Source of the DNA: Catajapyx aquilonaris
Taxonomy: Eukaryota
Assembly: GCA_000934665.2 (NCBI GenBank)
Contig: KZ538845.1
Location: 1-44,843 of the forward strand
DNA length: 44,843 nucleotides
Direction of reading: 5' to 3'
In this document: piece by piece, positions 1-12,235 of the stretch
How positions within the stretch are numbered: position 1 is the first letter of the stretch
How the letters are laid out: each line of letters begins with the position of its first letter
Position numbers and translations under genes: made by a program
The notes under the pieces: generated by a model
The model's database searches: none
The model's input: only the letters and a program-made list of their open reading frames with translations
What the model was told of the DNA's origin: nothing

Positions 1-125
1 ATGCGGTATACAAGCAATTATTCTTAACCTTACTGCACACTCCAGGTGTGGCATTTTTCCTGTCTGCAGCAGAGTGGAGATAACTAACCCTTTGCATAAA
101 CTGCTAACTTCAAACACTCGAGGTA

Positions 126-505
126 CAGTCCCGCTCATAAAGAATGGTACGACTCTATGGACGACGTGTTTATTCTGAATATCCAGCATTATTCCCAACC
201 TGATTTCGTCGTGACACTATGGACAACTTGTCCTAGATCTCTGGCAACCCATATGACACCCTCCCGACTTTTTCCAAAAAAAATTATTACCAAAATGTTC
301 AACCTGGTACAATGCTTACATAGATTTGAGATGAATTTCCCTCCTTAAATTTTATTACTTTGCCTTGTGTTTTTCTGATATTTTTTTCTTGATTTTAATT
401 GCCTTTTCCCAGCCTTCCTCATGACCCCTAAGAACATGCTGGTGACCCAGGGGTTGGGAACAGAATAAACATTTTGTCCATAGAGTCGTACCATTCTTTA
501 TGAGC
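126..505. mobile_element. Tc1/mariner-type MITE remnant
   Basis: 45-bp inverted repeats at 133-177 and 461-505 (about 4 mismatches). The left end begins TA|CAGTC; the right terminus is truncated. Confidence 0.7.
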
Positions 506-1275
506 ATACATTCCCAAGGTTACCCATTGGGTAGTGACAGGGTAGACTGGGTAGGCTCTTAAGATGATTTCCAAGGAAGTAAGGTGTGGTGTAATGTGAC
601 ATTAGTTGTTTATGAAGCTAGGATGATTTTAGGATGCTCAGCTCAGCTATGATTAATTCAGAAGTGAATTAAGACCCTATTAGAAAAAGAAAAAAGAACA
701 CTTAAGCCTATTAGAATCTTCATGAATTTTCATCCCTCAACAACAGAGCCTCAACCTATATACAAACTTCAAAGGTCAACATGGTTGATTGAATGACTGA
801 GGTTTTACAGTGCAAAAGCAAGATTCATATAGCCTTTGACTATAAGAGAGGACACAGCCAACGAGATAGGGACAACACTCTGCTTCCCCACCCAGTTGCT
901 GGCGCTGACCATTCATCATAATGATTGCAGTCCATGAAAGCCCACAAGGAAAAAAATTCGCCAGTGCCAACCAACAGTCAATAACTCAGAATTGCATTCT
1001 AGTAATGTTGGCAAAGATGGGGCAGAGGTATAAAGAGATTTAACATAGTGAAGGTTTCTTTTATAGTCCATGACATGGCTTCCAATAAATTGGACCTGCC
1101 CCCAGCAACTCTCACCCTAGCTTTATGGGGACAGCCCTGCTCTTAACGAGTCCTCCGCCACCCCAGATTTGGCGCTGCAATCAGGCACTGTACCAAATCG
1201 CAATTCAGGCGGATGACTTCTGAACTGTTCCGAACCTACCTAAACTGTCAATTCACTTTCAGCCCCTGTCCACAG

Positions 1276-1344
1276 ATTCGCCTACCAATCCCCCGAGTGC
1301 ACTTTGCACTGTGCAAAATGCACTCAGGTGGCTGGTGGGCGAAT
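1276..1344. repeat. Imperfect palindrome in Pez intron, probably MITE-derived
   Basis: ATTCGCCTACCA...GAGTGCACTTTGCAC pairs with GTGCAAAATGCACTC...TGGTGGGCGAAT around centre 1310. Confidence 0.6.
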
Positions 1345-1423
1345 GTGCTGGTGCAAATGGCCCTTAGACATCGTTACATAGGCCCTGCATAAGCCTGGGT
1401 GTTGTGTTGGTAGTGCTAGTTAC

Positions 1424-1597
1424 CTGATGCAGTCCAAGTCTTTGACAGACATTTTGCAGGCAGTCATGTCCAGTAGACTCTGAGGACAGCGTGCATTCCA
1501 TGGTATTGTTGTCCAGCAGCTCCACTGATATGACAAACATCGACTTGGACACCACATTGTACTGCTTGCTTCGCTTCAAGTGAAACTTGAAAGGCAT
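1424..1597 (-). CDS. Pez: First coding exon of FERM-domain tyrosine phosphatase, Pez/PTPN14/PTPN21 family (58 aa; gene continues beyond left edge)
   Basis: MPFKFHLKRSKQYNVVSKSMFVISVELLDNNTMECTLSSESTGHDCLQNVCQRLGLHQ closely resembles the PTPN14/21 N-terminus (MPFGLKLRRTRRYNVLSKN...LLDSNVIECTLSVESTGQECLEAVAQRL). ATG at 1597; phase-0 donor CAG|GTAACT after 1424. Confidence 0.92.
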
Positions 1598-1638
1598 CTT
1601 CTCCCCTCCTTGTCCTTCGTCTCTTCTCAGTGCCCCCG

Positions 1639-1714
1639 CTGCTGACCAAGCAAGTACGTAAGTGTTAATCAAACATGCTTGTAAGTTCAGATTGGCGAGT
1701 GGTTACCTACTCAC
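1639..1714 (-). other. Probable short 5'-UTR intron of Pez
   Basis: Minus-strand donors GTGAGT (1714-1709) and GTAACC (1706-1701); tandem acceptor TCAG/CAG at 1643-1639. Confidence 0.5.
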
Positions 1715-1799
1715 AGGTGAATCATTTGCTAGCCTGGTTGATCTGACCACCCTGGGTCTTTCTGCCGGCCTGCGTGGGTGGGTGGGCGTATGAACCAAT

Positions 1800-1940
1800 G
1801 TCACCGGATGTCCAACCCGGAAGATGCCCTTTCCCTCTCCTCCACGGTCCGTTCAGTGACAGGAGAGCGCCTTTTTTTACGACATAGCTGTGGCGGCCAT
1901 TTTTTGTGGGGGGGAGGGAGGGAAATGGAAGTGGGGAGGA
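1800..1940 (-). promoter_or_regulatory. Putative Pez promoter / 5' end
   Basis: GC-rich patch with a YY1/Pho-type motif AAAATGGCCGCC (1903-1892, minus) and ETS-like CCGGATGT (1804) and CCGGAAG (1817), just upstream of the first exon. Confidence 0.5.
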
Positions 1941-3688
1941 GTCAAATCACTTAGTATATTAGTTTTAAAAACACAAGTTAGTAAAAGAACTGGCGTTAAA
2001 ATATTAAAATTAGGGATAGTTTTGAGCGACATTAAAACTGTGTTCCCTCGCCGCATTTTTGCATTTTATTACGTCATTATGGCGCGGAATTTGAGCTCAA
2101 TCGCAGACAGTACCAACTATGACTTCATGATATTGGCATGAGCGTCATCTAAATGCCTAATGCTGCCTGTGACCATCACCATTTTGCAGGTATCTTAACT
2201 GAGCAGCATTTAATATATGCATTTATGTTTTCACAAGGCAATAAAAATACGGTAGTTAGGCTACCGGTACGTCAAAATGTCACTTTTTAGGAGACACAAA
2301 AAAACATTCCCTGCTCTTCAACATAGGATTCTCGCAAATATACTATTAAAAAATTGTGCCTTATGGACACAGACATGTGACATATCATGACATGAAGTTC
2401 CATATCTGCAAGCGGTAGTAATATTGAAGAAAAAAACAGACGGATAATTACATAAATATGATGTTCTAACGTAAAAGGTGGAATGGTGATAATCGTCTCA
2501 GGTCTCAACGGTATAATAGGCGTTACACTTCTTGACGTGAAATTAACGTTAAAATTCGTGAAATTTACCGTATGTTAGAATTCGTTAAATCATCTGGCGC
2601 GATCTGGCGTGGGACTCTGGTCTACTATATCCGAATAGGTATGGGACTCCGATTTTTCACACTACTCATCGATTTCAAGAAATACACTATTTTAATTATC
2701 GGAGAATGTAGGCCTACTCATTGAATTCTACACATATTCATAGCTCTTTGGCTGTCTGTCATTATTATTATATTATTATATCTTTGTTGCTTTTCTCAAT
2801 AGCCACTGTTCCTAATATGGGCTTGACAGTCAGTAGGAAGGTGCAGTGACAAGTATTGAAACAACTTTACTGTTCTTTTAGGCGGAAAATATATCTTCGG
2901 ATATGCCTTTTGTCCAATAATTCCAATAATTAGGAGTCGAAATCGTGCACACCAAACACCAATTAAGTTTTTTTTTTAATCCATGTAAGTAATCCATGTG
3001 CTCATGAAGTTATGCCATATCATCCACAGTCCTATATCCAGATAGAACTTGAAAATTAAATATTAAAATATTTTAAAATATTAAATATCGCTCAGTAACC
3101 AAATTGTAAAAATTTCATGGTGTTAAAAGCAATATTATTATGATGGGTACACTTCTCTGCATGAGGTAGTCCTAATGGCCTACAATGCTTCATAATTCTG
3201 TGCAATGTATTTTATGTCAAACTCTTTAAAATTTGGTTCACCTATTTCTCCTGAAATGACATCCGATTTAACAGTCACATACATATAGAAACAGATGGAA
3301 CACTACTACGGGTGAAGAAAAATCGCCCAAACGTATGCCGGTTCAATACTATTGTCATTAAATTCAATTTAATAGACAATGATAATTGATTGGTTCAGGA
3401 TGATTAATTGATTAAATAATTATTTGTTTAAAAATATCGTCTGAACTCTTCGGTTATTACCTCTCCGAATCTGCCTGCCCTAGTAAATGGTGTGCCTGTT
3501 AATGTTCATCTGCGGTAGTTTTGCCTTTGTCAATTTGTTTTAATTTTTCCATGTAATCCTTGCACCAAATAAGGCCAAGGCTCAAGAAAGCCATTTTTCT
3601 CTGTCGGGGTTCAAAATTATATATTTGGCTTGTTTATTTAATTTAATTGAACCAAACATACAGTATATCCTGGTGTTATACAAACATT

Positions 3689-3836
3689 CAAGGAGGTAAT
3701 CACTTCGGTACTCCGGTGTACACCTGGGAGTGGTACTCCCTGGTACTCCTCAGGCACCTCACTCTTTATTACTCCGTGGTACTCCTTGAATTTGGTACTC
3801 CAGTGTACACTTTTCAGTCGAGTGATTACCCCCTTG
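3689..3836. mobile_element. 148-bp MITE with 8-bp TSD (hAT/P-type)
   Basis: TIRs CAAGGAGGTAATCACT / AGTGATTACCCCCTTG; flanks CAAACATT / CAAACGTT; internal GGTACTCC repeats. Confidence 0.75.
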
Positions 3837-4166
3837 CAAACGTTATAACATCATAAGTTAGTGCTGAGACTGATGACCGTTGGAAGGCAAAACTGCCACA
3901 GTGCCACTATTAGTAGTGCAGGTGACACATTCGGAAAGGCACTGAAGAGTTGAGACACAATTCAGGCCCTTTCTTTGACACAGAAAAATATGAAAGGAGC
4001 TCATGTGTGTCCAAATTACACCAGCAGGTGCCAAACCTCATACCGTTCTTGTTGGAAGCAGAATTGAAAACAAGTGTTGGTAGCAAGCTTTTTTGGACGA
4101 ATTCGACCCCGCCGATTTCTAAAATCTATGTTAGCACCCGGGAATTTGGATCCTTATGCCCCCCCC

Positions 4167-4183
4167 NNNNNNNNNNNNNNNNN
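4167..4183. other. Assembly gap (17 N) within poly-C
   Basis: N run flanked by C homopolymers; single Ns also occur in poly-G at 36864 and 41286. Confidence 0.95.
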
Positions 4184-4664
4184 CCCCCCCCCCAACAAGA
4201 TGGCGTCCAAGGTTACGGAATTTCTCAGAATTACAATGTTTTCACGAATTTTTACCCTAAATGTGGCAAGTGAGGTATGTATGGTTTTAGGCTTTTTCTG
4301 GGTCGATAACATCAACCACGAGTGACTCGAGGTCATCGCCTCATCGGAGCTAGGTCACCGGATCTCTATGGAATGGCGGGTAGTTTTACGGACTTGAAAA
4401 GTTTCGTTTATAATATAGCCTACACACATACGACATCAGTCACAGAATACGTTATGTCTGGCAATAATATATATTATTATATTAAGATACAATATGACAA
4501 ATACATAGTATTTGATCCTAACCATCAGACAGTGTTCAGTACTCACTGGCCCGTTAAGAATTGTGTGCCTGTATATCTTTGGTAGCTACCTGTGTCGATG
4601 TGTGATTGTGTGCATTTATTCATTTGGGTTGCATTACTCGTGTGGATGTAACTTGTCATAGCAC

Positions 4665-5585
4665 TAGGGAGAGTGGGACAAGACAGGACGCTTAAGGTTT
4701 AGGAAGTTACAGCAGAGCTAATTTATGCAGCATAGGTCTGAAATTTTGACATACCATGCTACCAACTGTTTTCTATTTAATAAGAAAAAAATTGGTACTC
4801 TATAAATGACTGTATTTAAGCGGGGCCCTAAATACCAAAGAGGTGCAAACGTCCCATCTTGCCCCATATGTGGGGCAATATGGGGCAACATACGACTTGC
4901 ATGCGACACAGTCACTCATGAACTATCTCGTTGTCGGACTCGTCTATTCCTGCACAGGCACAGTGTGCCCACCTGCCACACACTCCACAGGACACCCATC
5001 TTTCATGGGATTGGGAATAGAGATGTTCACAATAGAGACATGAGTGTCACATGAGTTGCCAGCATCTCCATCAGGGATTTTCTTCTGCCGCTTCATTTTT
5101 TCGATTCTTTCTTGGAATATATTTTAGAAACAAAATCTTCTTCAATAATATTTTTTCCCTCCAGATTAATTTATGGTGGGGATACACCCCATCATGCCCG
5201 TCCCTGTCTTGCCCGAGCAGCCATTTGACACTCAATTGACCCATGCGACAGCAAGAATGCAAATGTGCACATATTTTTTGACAAAATTGACTCGTCATGA
5301 ACTGCGCTTTTCTGGAAATATATCATCGTTATCCATTTCTGTAACTAATATACAAATATTTTGGTAAGAAAGATGGTGCAAAATAATAGCAAACTTGTCT
5401 AAAACCAGAAAAAACGCTCCCTACTGACCAAAATCACATTGGGCTAGCGGCCATTACTTTCATCCTATGTAGATAGATGCAGTAAGTGCAAAGAAGGCAT
5501 CGTAAAAAATATAGCAGCACTTGTCGACTTTTTAGAGGGGGTGGTCCGTCTTACCTCGTGTCCCCACCTTGCCCCACCCTCCATA
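4665..5585. mobile_element. Non-autonomous DNA transposon (TA-flanked, pogo/Tigger-like ends)
   Basis: Ends TAGGGAGAGTGGGACAAG and CTTGCCCCACCCTCCATA are inverted (3 mismatches); internal TTGCCCCA/TGGGGCAA palindrome near 4859-4887. Confidence 0.55.
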
Positions 5586-7496
5586 CTTCATTATAACTTC
5601 ATGTTTGTAATTATAATGTAATATAATATTGCCAGACATACCGGTAACTTAGTATGTTCTATGTGTGTAGTATAAACAAAACCTTTCAAGTTCTCCGTTA
5701 AAAAGATGATGGTTTCAGGAAACGTAATGTTAGCAACTAAGTTAATTGCTAACCCTATATAGTCGGGGTATAAATAAAAAACTAAAAGTTAATTGACTAC
5801 TTTTGATAACCCCTAAAAGTTATTATGCCAAAAATTTCTACAACCTTACAGAAATCTCCACCAAACGTACACTTTTGTTGAATTCCAAATGGCATACTGT
5901 ACAATATTATGCAAACTGGTACAGTAGCCTACAATACAACCGCCATGATCTTTGCACCGCACCTGTTTGTACTGTAGCTCTACAGTCGTTATGATATACA
6001 TACTGCTGCCTCTCTCTTATGACTTCTGCAACTCACTGCAACCTGCATTGCGGTAGTAAATTGCCTTTTGTAAACTACGTACTGTAAAATTGTAAGAATC
6101 CAGAAAATATACAGTATTGCAAAAGTATGTTTCCTGCGCATGAATGTGAATCAACCAAAATTGTGTTGCACATTGTCACAGTCATCTATCATTAATTTGG
6201 TTTTTAATGTAGAGCAATTATATTAACGATATCATAATGCTCTTGTTTGAAGTCCACTTTTTCAGCAGTCGGTGGTCAGCATATATAGTAACAAACTAAC
6301 AATAACTCCTCTCTGCTGCTCCCTTAGCGTCATCTTCTCCTGACCTCGCTGTCTTATAGTAAGTGACATTTTACTCAAGTCAACCCAGGTTTCTACAGCT
6401 TCAAATAATCACAGACTTTTGGTTGGACCCCGTGATGACACCTTGTCAGATGGCAAAATGAACTTAATCCTATCTTTTTTGAGTCTTATAATTGCCCTCC
6501 TTGAAGCTCGTCACTATACAACTCATCGCAGTGATTAGATTGTCTTGTGCAAATCGGCGGCGCTTTATTCTACAGCATATACGTATCCTATATGGTTGTA
6601 TCTCTTGCGCTTGCCGGATTAGTGTGCATATAACAACTTTTCCATTGTCACATATTTATGGTGCAAATAGAAGTTTTCGTTATACTACACAGCATTTGCA
6701 CCAATATATTATCTTAGCCACACATTAGCAAAGCAAGCGTCCTGCAGATTCTCTATCTTATACCTGGTAAGATCCTTAGTCATGAAAATGCTTGTAATTA
6801 CCGTAGTATAAACCATCATGCTTCTCGACTCATCTGTGTAAATCAAGTGATAGTTTCGCTGCACAGCACTGCGTGCTAGTTTTACTTGCAAAAAAGATGT
6901 GTGCCTATATAATTACTTCATTAACTCAATTGTTATTTACCCTTGTACTTATGTTTTCCTTGTTTGAGGATAATCATAGAGGAATGGAGAGTATTAGTAC
7001 CTATTATATCATATATCAATAGTGGTCCAGTAGTATAGGTAAGTAATTACATAGAGTAACGAAATTAGAGGAATCACAGTCAGCCTGCAGCCATAATATT
7101 GGGTTGGTTTCCGGTTAGGGCCGAGGCTACTAAGACCATAAGGCACACGGATAAGGTTCAAGCCGAAGCCCCGTGGCCGATTTGTGGAGGGGTTTTTGGA
7201 AGTGGATTTTTCTCACGGGAAAAAAAAACCATCCACGTATTGCATAGCGAGAGAGAATCTCGCTCAACACTTTCCGTTCCGAGGATCAAACTATATAGGG
7301 ACCTCAGATTATTATTATTGGCATTACCTGCTATACTGCCGTGTCACCCCCTTATAGCAAAGAAATGGTGGCAAACTACCTTGTCACATTATCTCAAAAT
7401 AATCAGTGCATAATTTTATTTTCCTTTTGAGATGGTAAGCATCTAGAGAGGGTGTTGCATTCCCAGATTTTGCTTCCTTGGATTTATAGAGGGGAG

Positions 7497-7703
7497 TTGC
7501 CATAGTTAATTTTGGTGATTTCGGATCCATTAAGGCGATAATTTCTTATTAATTTTCATTTTGTCACCCACGTGAATAACAGGGAAATCCTGCGTGCTTT
7601 GCAATCTCCCCAGCCAACCCGTGCATAATCTAACCTTCAAACGTAAATTAACATATGATTAACTCTGTAACCGAACCAAAATTGCCAAAATCAACTAGAG
7701 CAA
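7497..7703. mobile_element. Degenerate MITE
   Basis: TTGCCATAGTTAATTTTGGTGATTT is an imperfect inverted copy of AAATTGCCAAAATCAACTAGAGCAA. Confidence 0.4.
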
Positions 7704-8641
7704 TATGAGCCATGTGATGAGATGGCATATTGCGCATATGGTAACAGGCTGTAGTATTACGTCTAAACGGTGGTTTCTTGGCATTTATAACCGTTTATAA
7801 CTCTTTATAAGTTTCTGATTGTAATGTTTCATTTGTATACTCCCATTTAAGTTTTTGTGAATTAACTTGCATCGCTACTAATATCACTGACTACTCTCAT
7901 AGGGAAATGTGATGAAATGGATGAACTACAGAGCAATATGTATAGTATTTCTAGATTAATTGATTGAATACGTTGTATTTCAGATTAGAAATTCGCATGG
8001 AACCGAAATTCAAAAGGCGGGTGCACCTTTTGGATCACCCTGTATGTATAGTGCATTGTATGATACCTGATGATACACATAATGCCTATATCCACCGCAG
8101 TCAACAGGTACTGCACGTAAGGTGGGTGAGCTATCACCACCACCACCGCCTATACCTGCCCTCCTACACGTAACCCAACCGTGCAATTTCCCATGCAGTC
8201 TGACCACTCATAATTAATTATAATGCTGCATGTTCACATTTCAGCGGTCCTTTTTATTCCTCCCACTATACAGTATACCATTTTTATCGTGCATGAGAAT
8301 GGTATTTACCATTTTCCGATTATTTTATTATTATGAATTGAATGGTACGATAATGAGATTTCCAGGAGGAAATGAGGTAATAACTTTAGGGAACGGAGTA
8401 TTTGCAAAACTTTTGCAATACTGTACAAGAATTTTTTAATTACAAAATAACGATCGTTCTACAAGTACATGATGTCATTTTGTAATTGTAATATGTCCTC
8501 TCCCGGCTAATTTCAATGTCAATTTTGGCAATTTCATCTCAATAAGTATGGAGATAATGTCATTGTTTCTTCGACATTATGGATTATAAGAACATTGTGC
8601 GGAGCAGATTACTTGTCTAATACGGATGTTTCCGGTCACAA

Positions 8642-8703
<62 letters not shown>
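8642..8703. repeat. (ATT)n microsatellite
   Basis: About 20 perfect ATT units. Confidence 0.97.
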
Positions 8704-8704
<1 letters not shown>

Positions 8705-8893
8705 ATCCGCATTTAGTACAGGAAGATATTTTAAAGACTCACCAGAATAATATGTGGAGTAGTCTGCTGCATGAACTTGACTGAAGGGAAAATGCCGGCT
8801 TCTTCCTTCCTCCTTTTCTAATTCCTCTAACTTCCTCCCTACTTTTCACCTGGATGAGAATTCCTTATATTGCGGCCATTGTCTCGTGAGAAT

Positions 8894-8968
<75 letters not shown>

Positions 8969-8984
8969 CCGTCCGTCCGTCCGT
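8894..8984. repeat. (CT)n followed by (CCGT)n compound microsatellite
   Basis: Directly visible; explains the SLSLSL ORF. Confidence 0.97.
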
Positions 8985-9067
8985 TGGTTCACCCATTGCT
9001 TTCCAATGCTGGTATAAATTGGATAGGCCTAACACATTGTATTAAGTTACATTTGGGATATATGGTA

Positions 9068-9175
9068 GAATTTTCGTCGTATACTACTAGTTACTGCTAA
9101 CTTAGCAGTACCTTTACATTACACGGGTACTGCTAAGTTAAAAGTAACTAGTAGTAGTCTATACGACGAAAATTC
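9068..9175. repeat. Foldback hairpin / tiny MITE
   Basis: Arm GAATTTTCGTCGTATA...CTACTAGTTACT..TAACTTAGCAGTACC and its reverse complement flank a short spacer. Confidence 0.8.
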
Positions 9176-11323
9176 CACTCATAGTCACGGGCAGTTATTT
9201 CTGAAAGAAATACCGATTCCTGGAAATACATATTAATTAAGATACACTCAAATCAATATTATTAATAACATTTGATATAGACTTTATTGCGTACCGGTAT
9301 AACTATATCGTAACAGATGTACAGCACGTTACATGAGCAGCTCTAAAAATCAGATGGCACAACGATCAGGATGTAATATATCGGCACGTATTTATTTTCT
9401 ATTTGTTTTAGCTCTTTTCCCAAAGAATGCGTAATGATTTAGGACTAAAATACTTTAGATTTACACGTAGAACATCACAGTCATGCATTTGCGGATCACG
9501 AAAATAAAATGTGACGGTCGAGCAGCGCTATGTTGGATCTCTTTCTATACTTAATAGCCTACCCTTATTGTTTGTGCTTTTTTTTCAGGTCACAAAGGAG
9601 CGGTGTGTTTTCATAATGCAATATAATTATGCGTTTCACGGGAAACAAGTATTGGTACGGGATATTATAATTGAAGCATATAAAAAAGTAGATTCCTTTA
9701 ACATCGTGTGTATAACGTATATTCTTTTTTAAGTTATCGTACATTCTTCTTCTAGGCAGTCGCTTTTCAAGGTCGGAAATATAGTTTCGGGGAAAGACAA
9801 TATTTTTTTTCTTGCAGTCGTGTTGTCGGATGCACTCGATTGCAACCGCCAATGGCATTTGTCTGGTCAGACAGTGCGAGCACCGAGTGATGAACGGTTG
9901 AAGGGATTAGGCTACTGGCGTATGTCACTTTCAACAAGTACATTTCACGCTAAATTAAGGATGTCCCTGTCATAAATGAAAGATATCAGATATATTGCAG
10001 TCCTATTAATTTTGCCCTTGAAAACGGAACCATTTTTTTAAATAGTATTATTATCGTTTGACGTCAGTCTTGACTGTCGCAAATTGTAGTGAAATAATTA
10101 CAAGTTGTGCTCCATATAATTGCATACACATGCAGGACGAGATGCTGGATGGAGGCCAAACAAAAGTATCAAAGTGATAAAAGAATAACTAGAGATGGGA
10201 ACATGCATATATTTGTTCATCATTATGTTATACACACATTCCTATCAGTAAGTTATACACTTTTGTGAGATATGCAAACTCTCAGGATTGGTAAATAAAT
10301 ATATAATTATTTTCTTTAAATTTTGGCGACTGCTAGAGCCCGCCAGCAGGCTCGCACTATAATATTCATCTTGACTGTTACTGATCATGCGTACTTTTAT
10401 CTTTGATGTCCACTGCCGGTGGCAAAGGCGTTGGAAAATACACCTACAAATTAACATGCTCGTATTCTTATTTAAAGTAACTTTTATACAGTCTGTATGT
10501 TTCTTCGCGATCTTGATCAGTAATGTTGTAAAATCAAATTCGATTCCGTCCAATACATCAGTCATTTTCCACAGTTCGAAAAACAAGCATATTAAAAGTG
10601 CTACAGAAGAAAATACCATTTATAATATTCCTCCATCACTATCGTAATGAGAGAGAAATTAAATTGCAACGACATGCTACTATTTTGTTAAAAATAAACA
10701 TGACCTGTTGACCGCTCAGTAAATGTCACTTTCAAGTCACGAGCGCGTTGTCAAGTTTTGAAAGTGAGCATATATGTGTAAATGAGGGTAAAATAATGAC
10801 AGCAAGAAGAGCATAGGACACTCGCACATGCTCATACCAAGTGCAATATTTACATGCAAAACATACGCACACCACAAACTCATACACAATCATGGTATAG
10901 GCACACATTCACACCAGATGAACACACCACAGTGAAAATCTAAACACTGCTGAAGGAACAATCAATATTCAAATCCAGGATTGTCTCGAAGGAGATATTG
11001 ACACATTATTTTGTGTCGTTAAACACCCACAATTACAAAACACACAATAATGTGTGCAGTGACTATATAATGTTTTATACTGTGTATTATGTACGTAAAG
11101 CCTCCCATTGCAGTTTCCTCCTTCTCATATTGGTCAAATAAACTTGAGCTTCCTCCAGTTGATATGCAACTCTTTACTATTCATGATCTTTAGATGTGTT
11201 TGGTAGCAAGTAAACTACTTGGCCAGAATATTTTTACAGCTATGGAAAAAAGGACAGAATGGTCTCAGACAAATAAAGCTGTCGAACCCTTCCCTGCACA
11301 CGTAATGTATACTACATCATGTA

Positions 11324-12144
11324 TACTGTAGGGGAGACAAGGACAAAGCAGACCACCAGGACAAAGTGAACAACAGGCATTTGTTTAAAAGTACAGAAAG
11401 TGACTGTTGTATATGTAAATGACGCAGGTTTATGCACATTAAGTCGGTGTCTCTAGTGAGAAGGTTAAAACCCTCGCGAGCCTTAAATCCATTTTATAGT
11501 TTTTTCACACTTTCGTCACATCATAAACAAAAACTATCCATAAGTCATGTTCTCTCGTCAAATTAAACACGTAATATTAAGAGTGAAAGTTCTCTTATTG
11601 ACTAGGGAAATCATTTTGACACCCACAATGATGTCTCAGAAACCACTGATCCATGCGTATTCCTCCTTTATGTCATACTCTTAGTACTCGGCACTACAAC
11701 AATGGAAATATGATATTACCGTAGGCCATGGTACCCCAACACAGAATCAGTGAATCGCGTAAAGTTAAACAGGGACGATTTTATAATGGTACCAAAACAA
11801 ATGAATTAACTATTACAGATATCTAGCACGTCATGAAATATCTGTCTCTTAGGTGCGAACGTACAGGTGCGAAAGGACTTTACCTTATACACTTGATGGG
11901 GTCAAGCGTACCGTTAGTGCTGACCTGTATGTACTGTATATGTAAATATATATTTAATAATATACAAAGTACTGAATACAACTGCACCAGTGTAATTTAA
12001 ATATAGTTTTTAGAAGAAGAGATCCCTCACTCCGAAATGCCCATTAAATTCTAATGCCACTCTACAATACATTGACAGAAAAATCATTTAACTGGCATAA
12101 TATTATTATGTGGTCCGCCGCTTTCTTCGGCCTCCCCTACAGTA
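11324..12144. mobile_element. Non-autonomous TA-flanked DNA transposon
   Basis: TACTGTAGGGGAG...GACCAC at left; GTGGTCC...CTCCCCTACAGTA at right (inverted). Confidence 0.6.
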
Positions 12145-12158
12145 TGTATACAGTAGGC

Positions 12159-12235
12159 TACACTACTGGGAAAAAATAGCCTGGTACCCCGGCGCTGCTT
12201 TGCCGGGATACCATACTATTTTTCCCAGTAGTGTA
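12159..12235. mobile_element. 77-bp hairpin MITE with CACTA ends, TA-flanked
   Basis: TA|CACTACTGGGAAAAAATAG...CTATTTTTCCCAGTAGTG|TA; arms of about 34 bp pair nearly completely. Confidence 0.75.

Noticed and set aside
1364..1672. Full 102-aa ORF as the Pez N-terminus
   Set aside because: Similarity covers only 1597-1424; the rest is UTR or intron read-through past a good donor.
3705..3812. GGTACTCC repeats as a CRISPR-like array
   Set aside because: Repeats are 8 bp with irregular short spacing, lie inside TIRs with a TSD, and sit in eukaryotic DNA with no cas genes.
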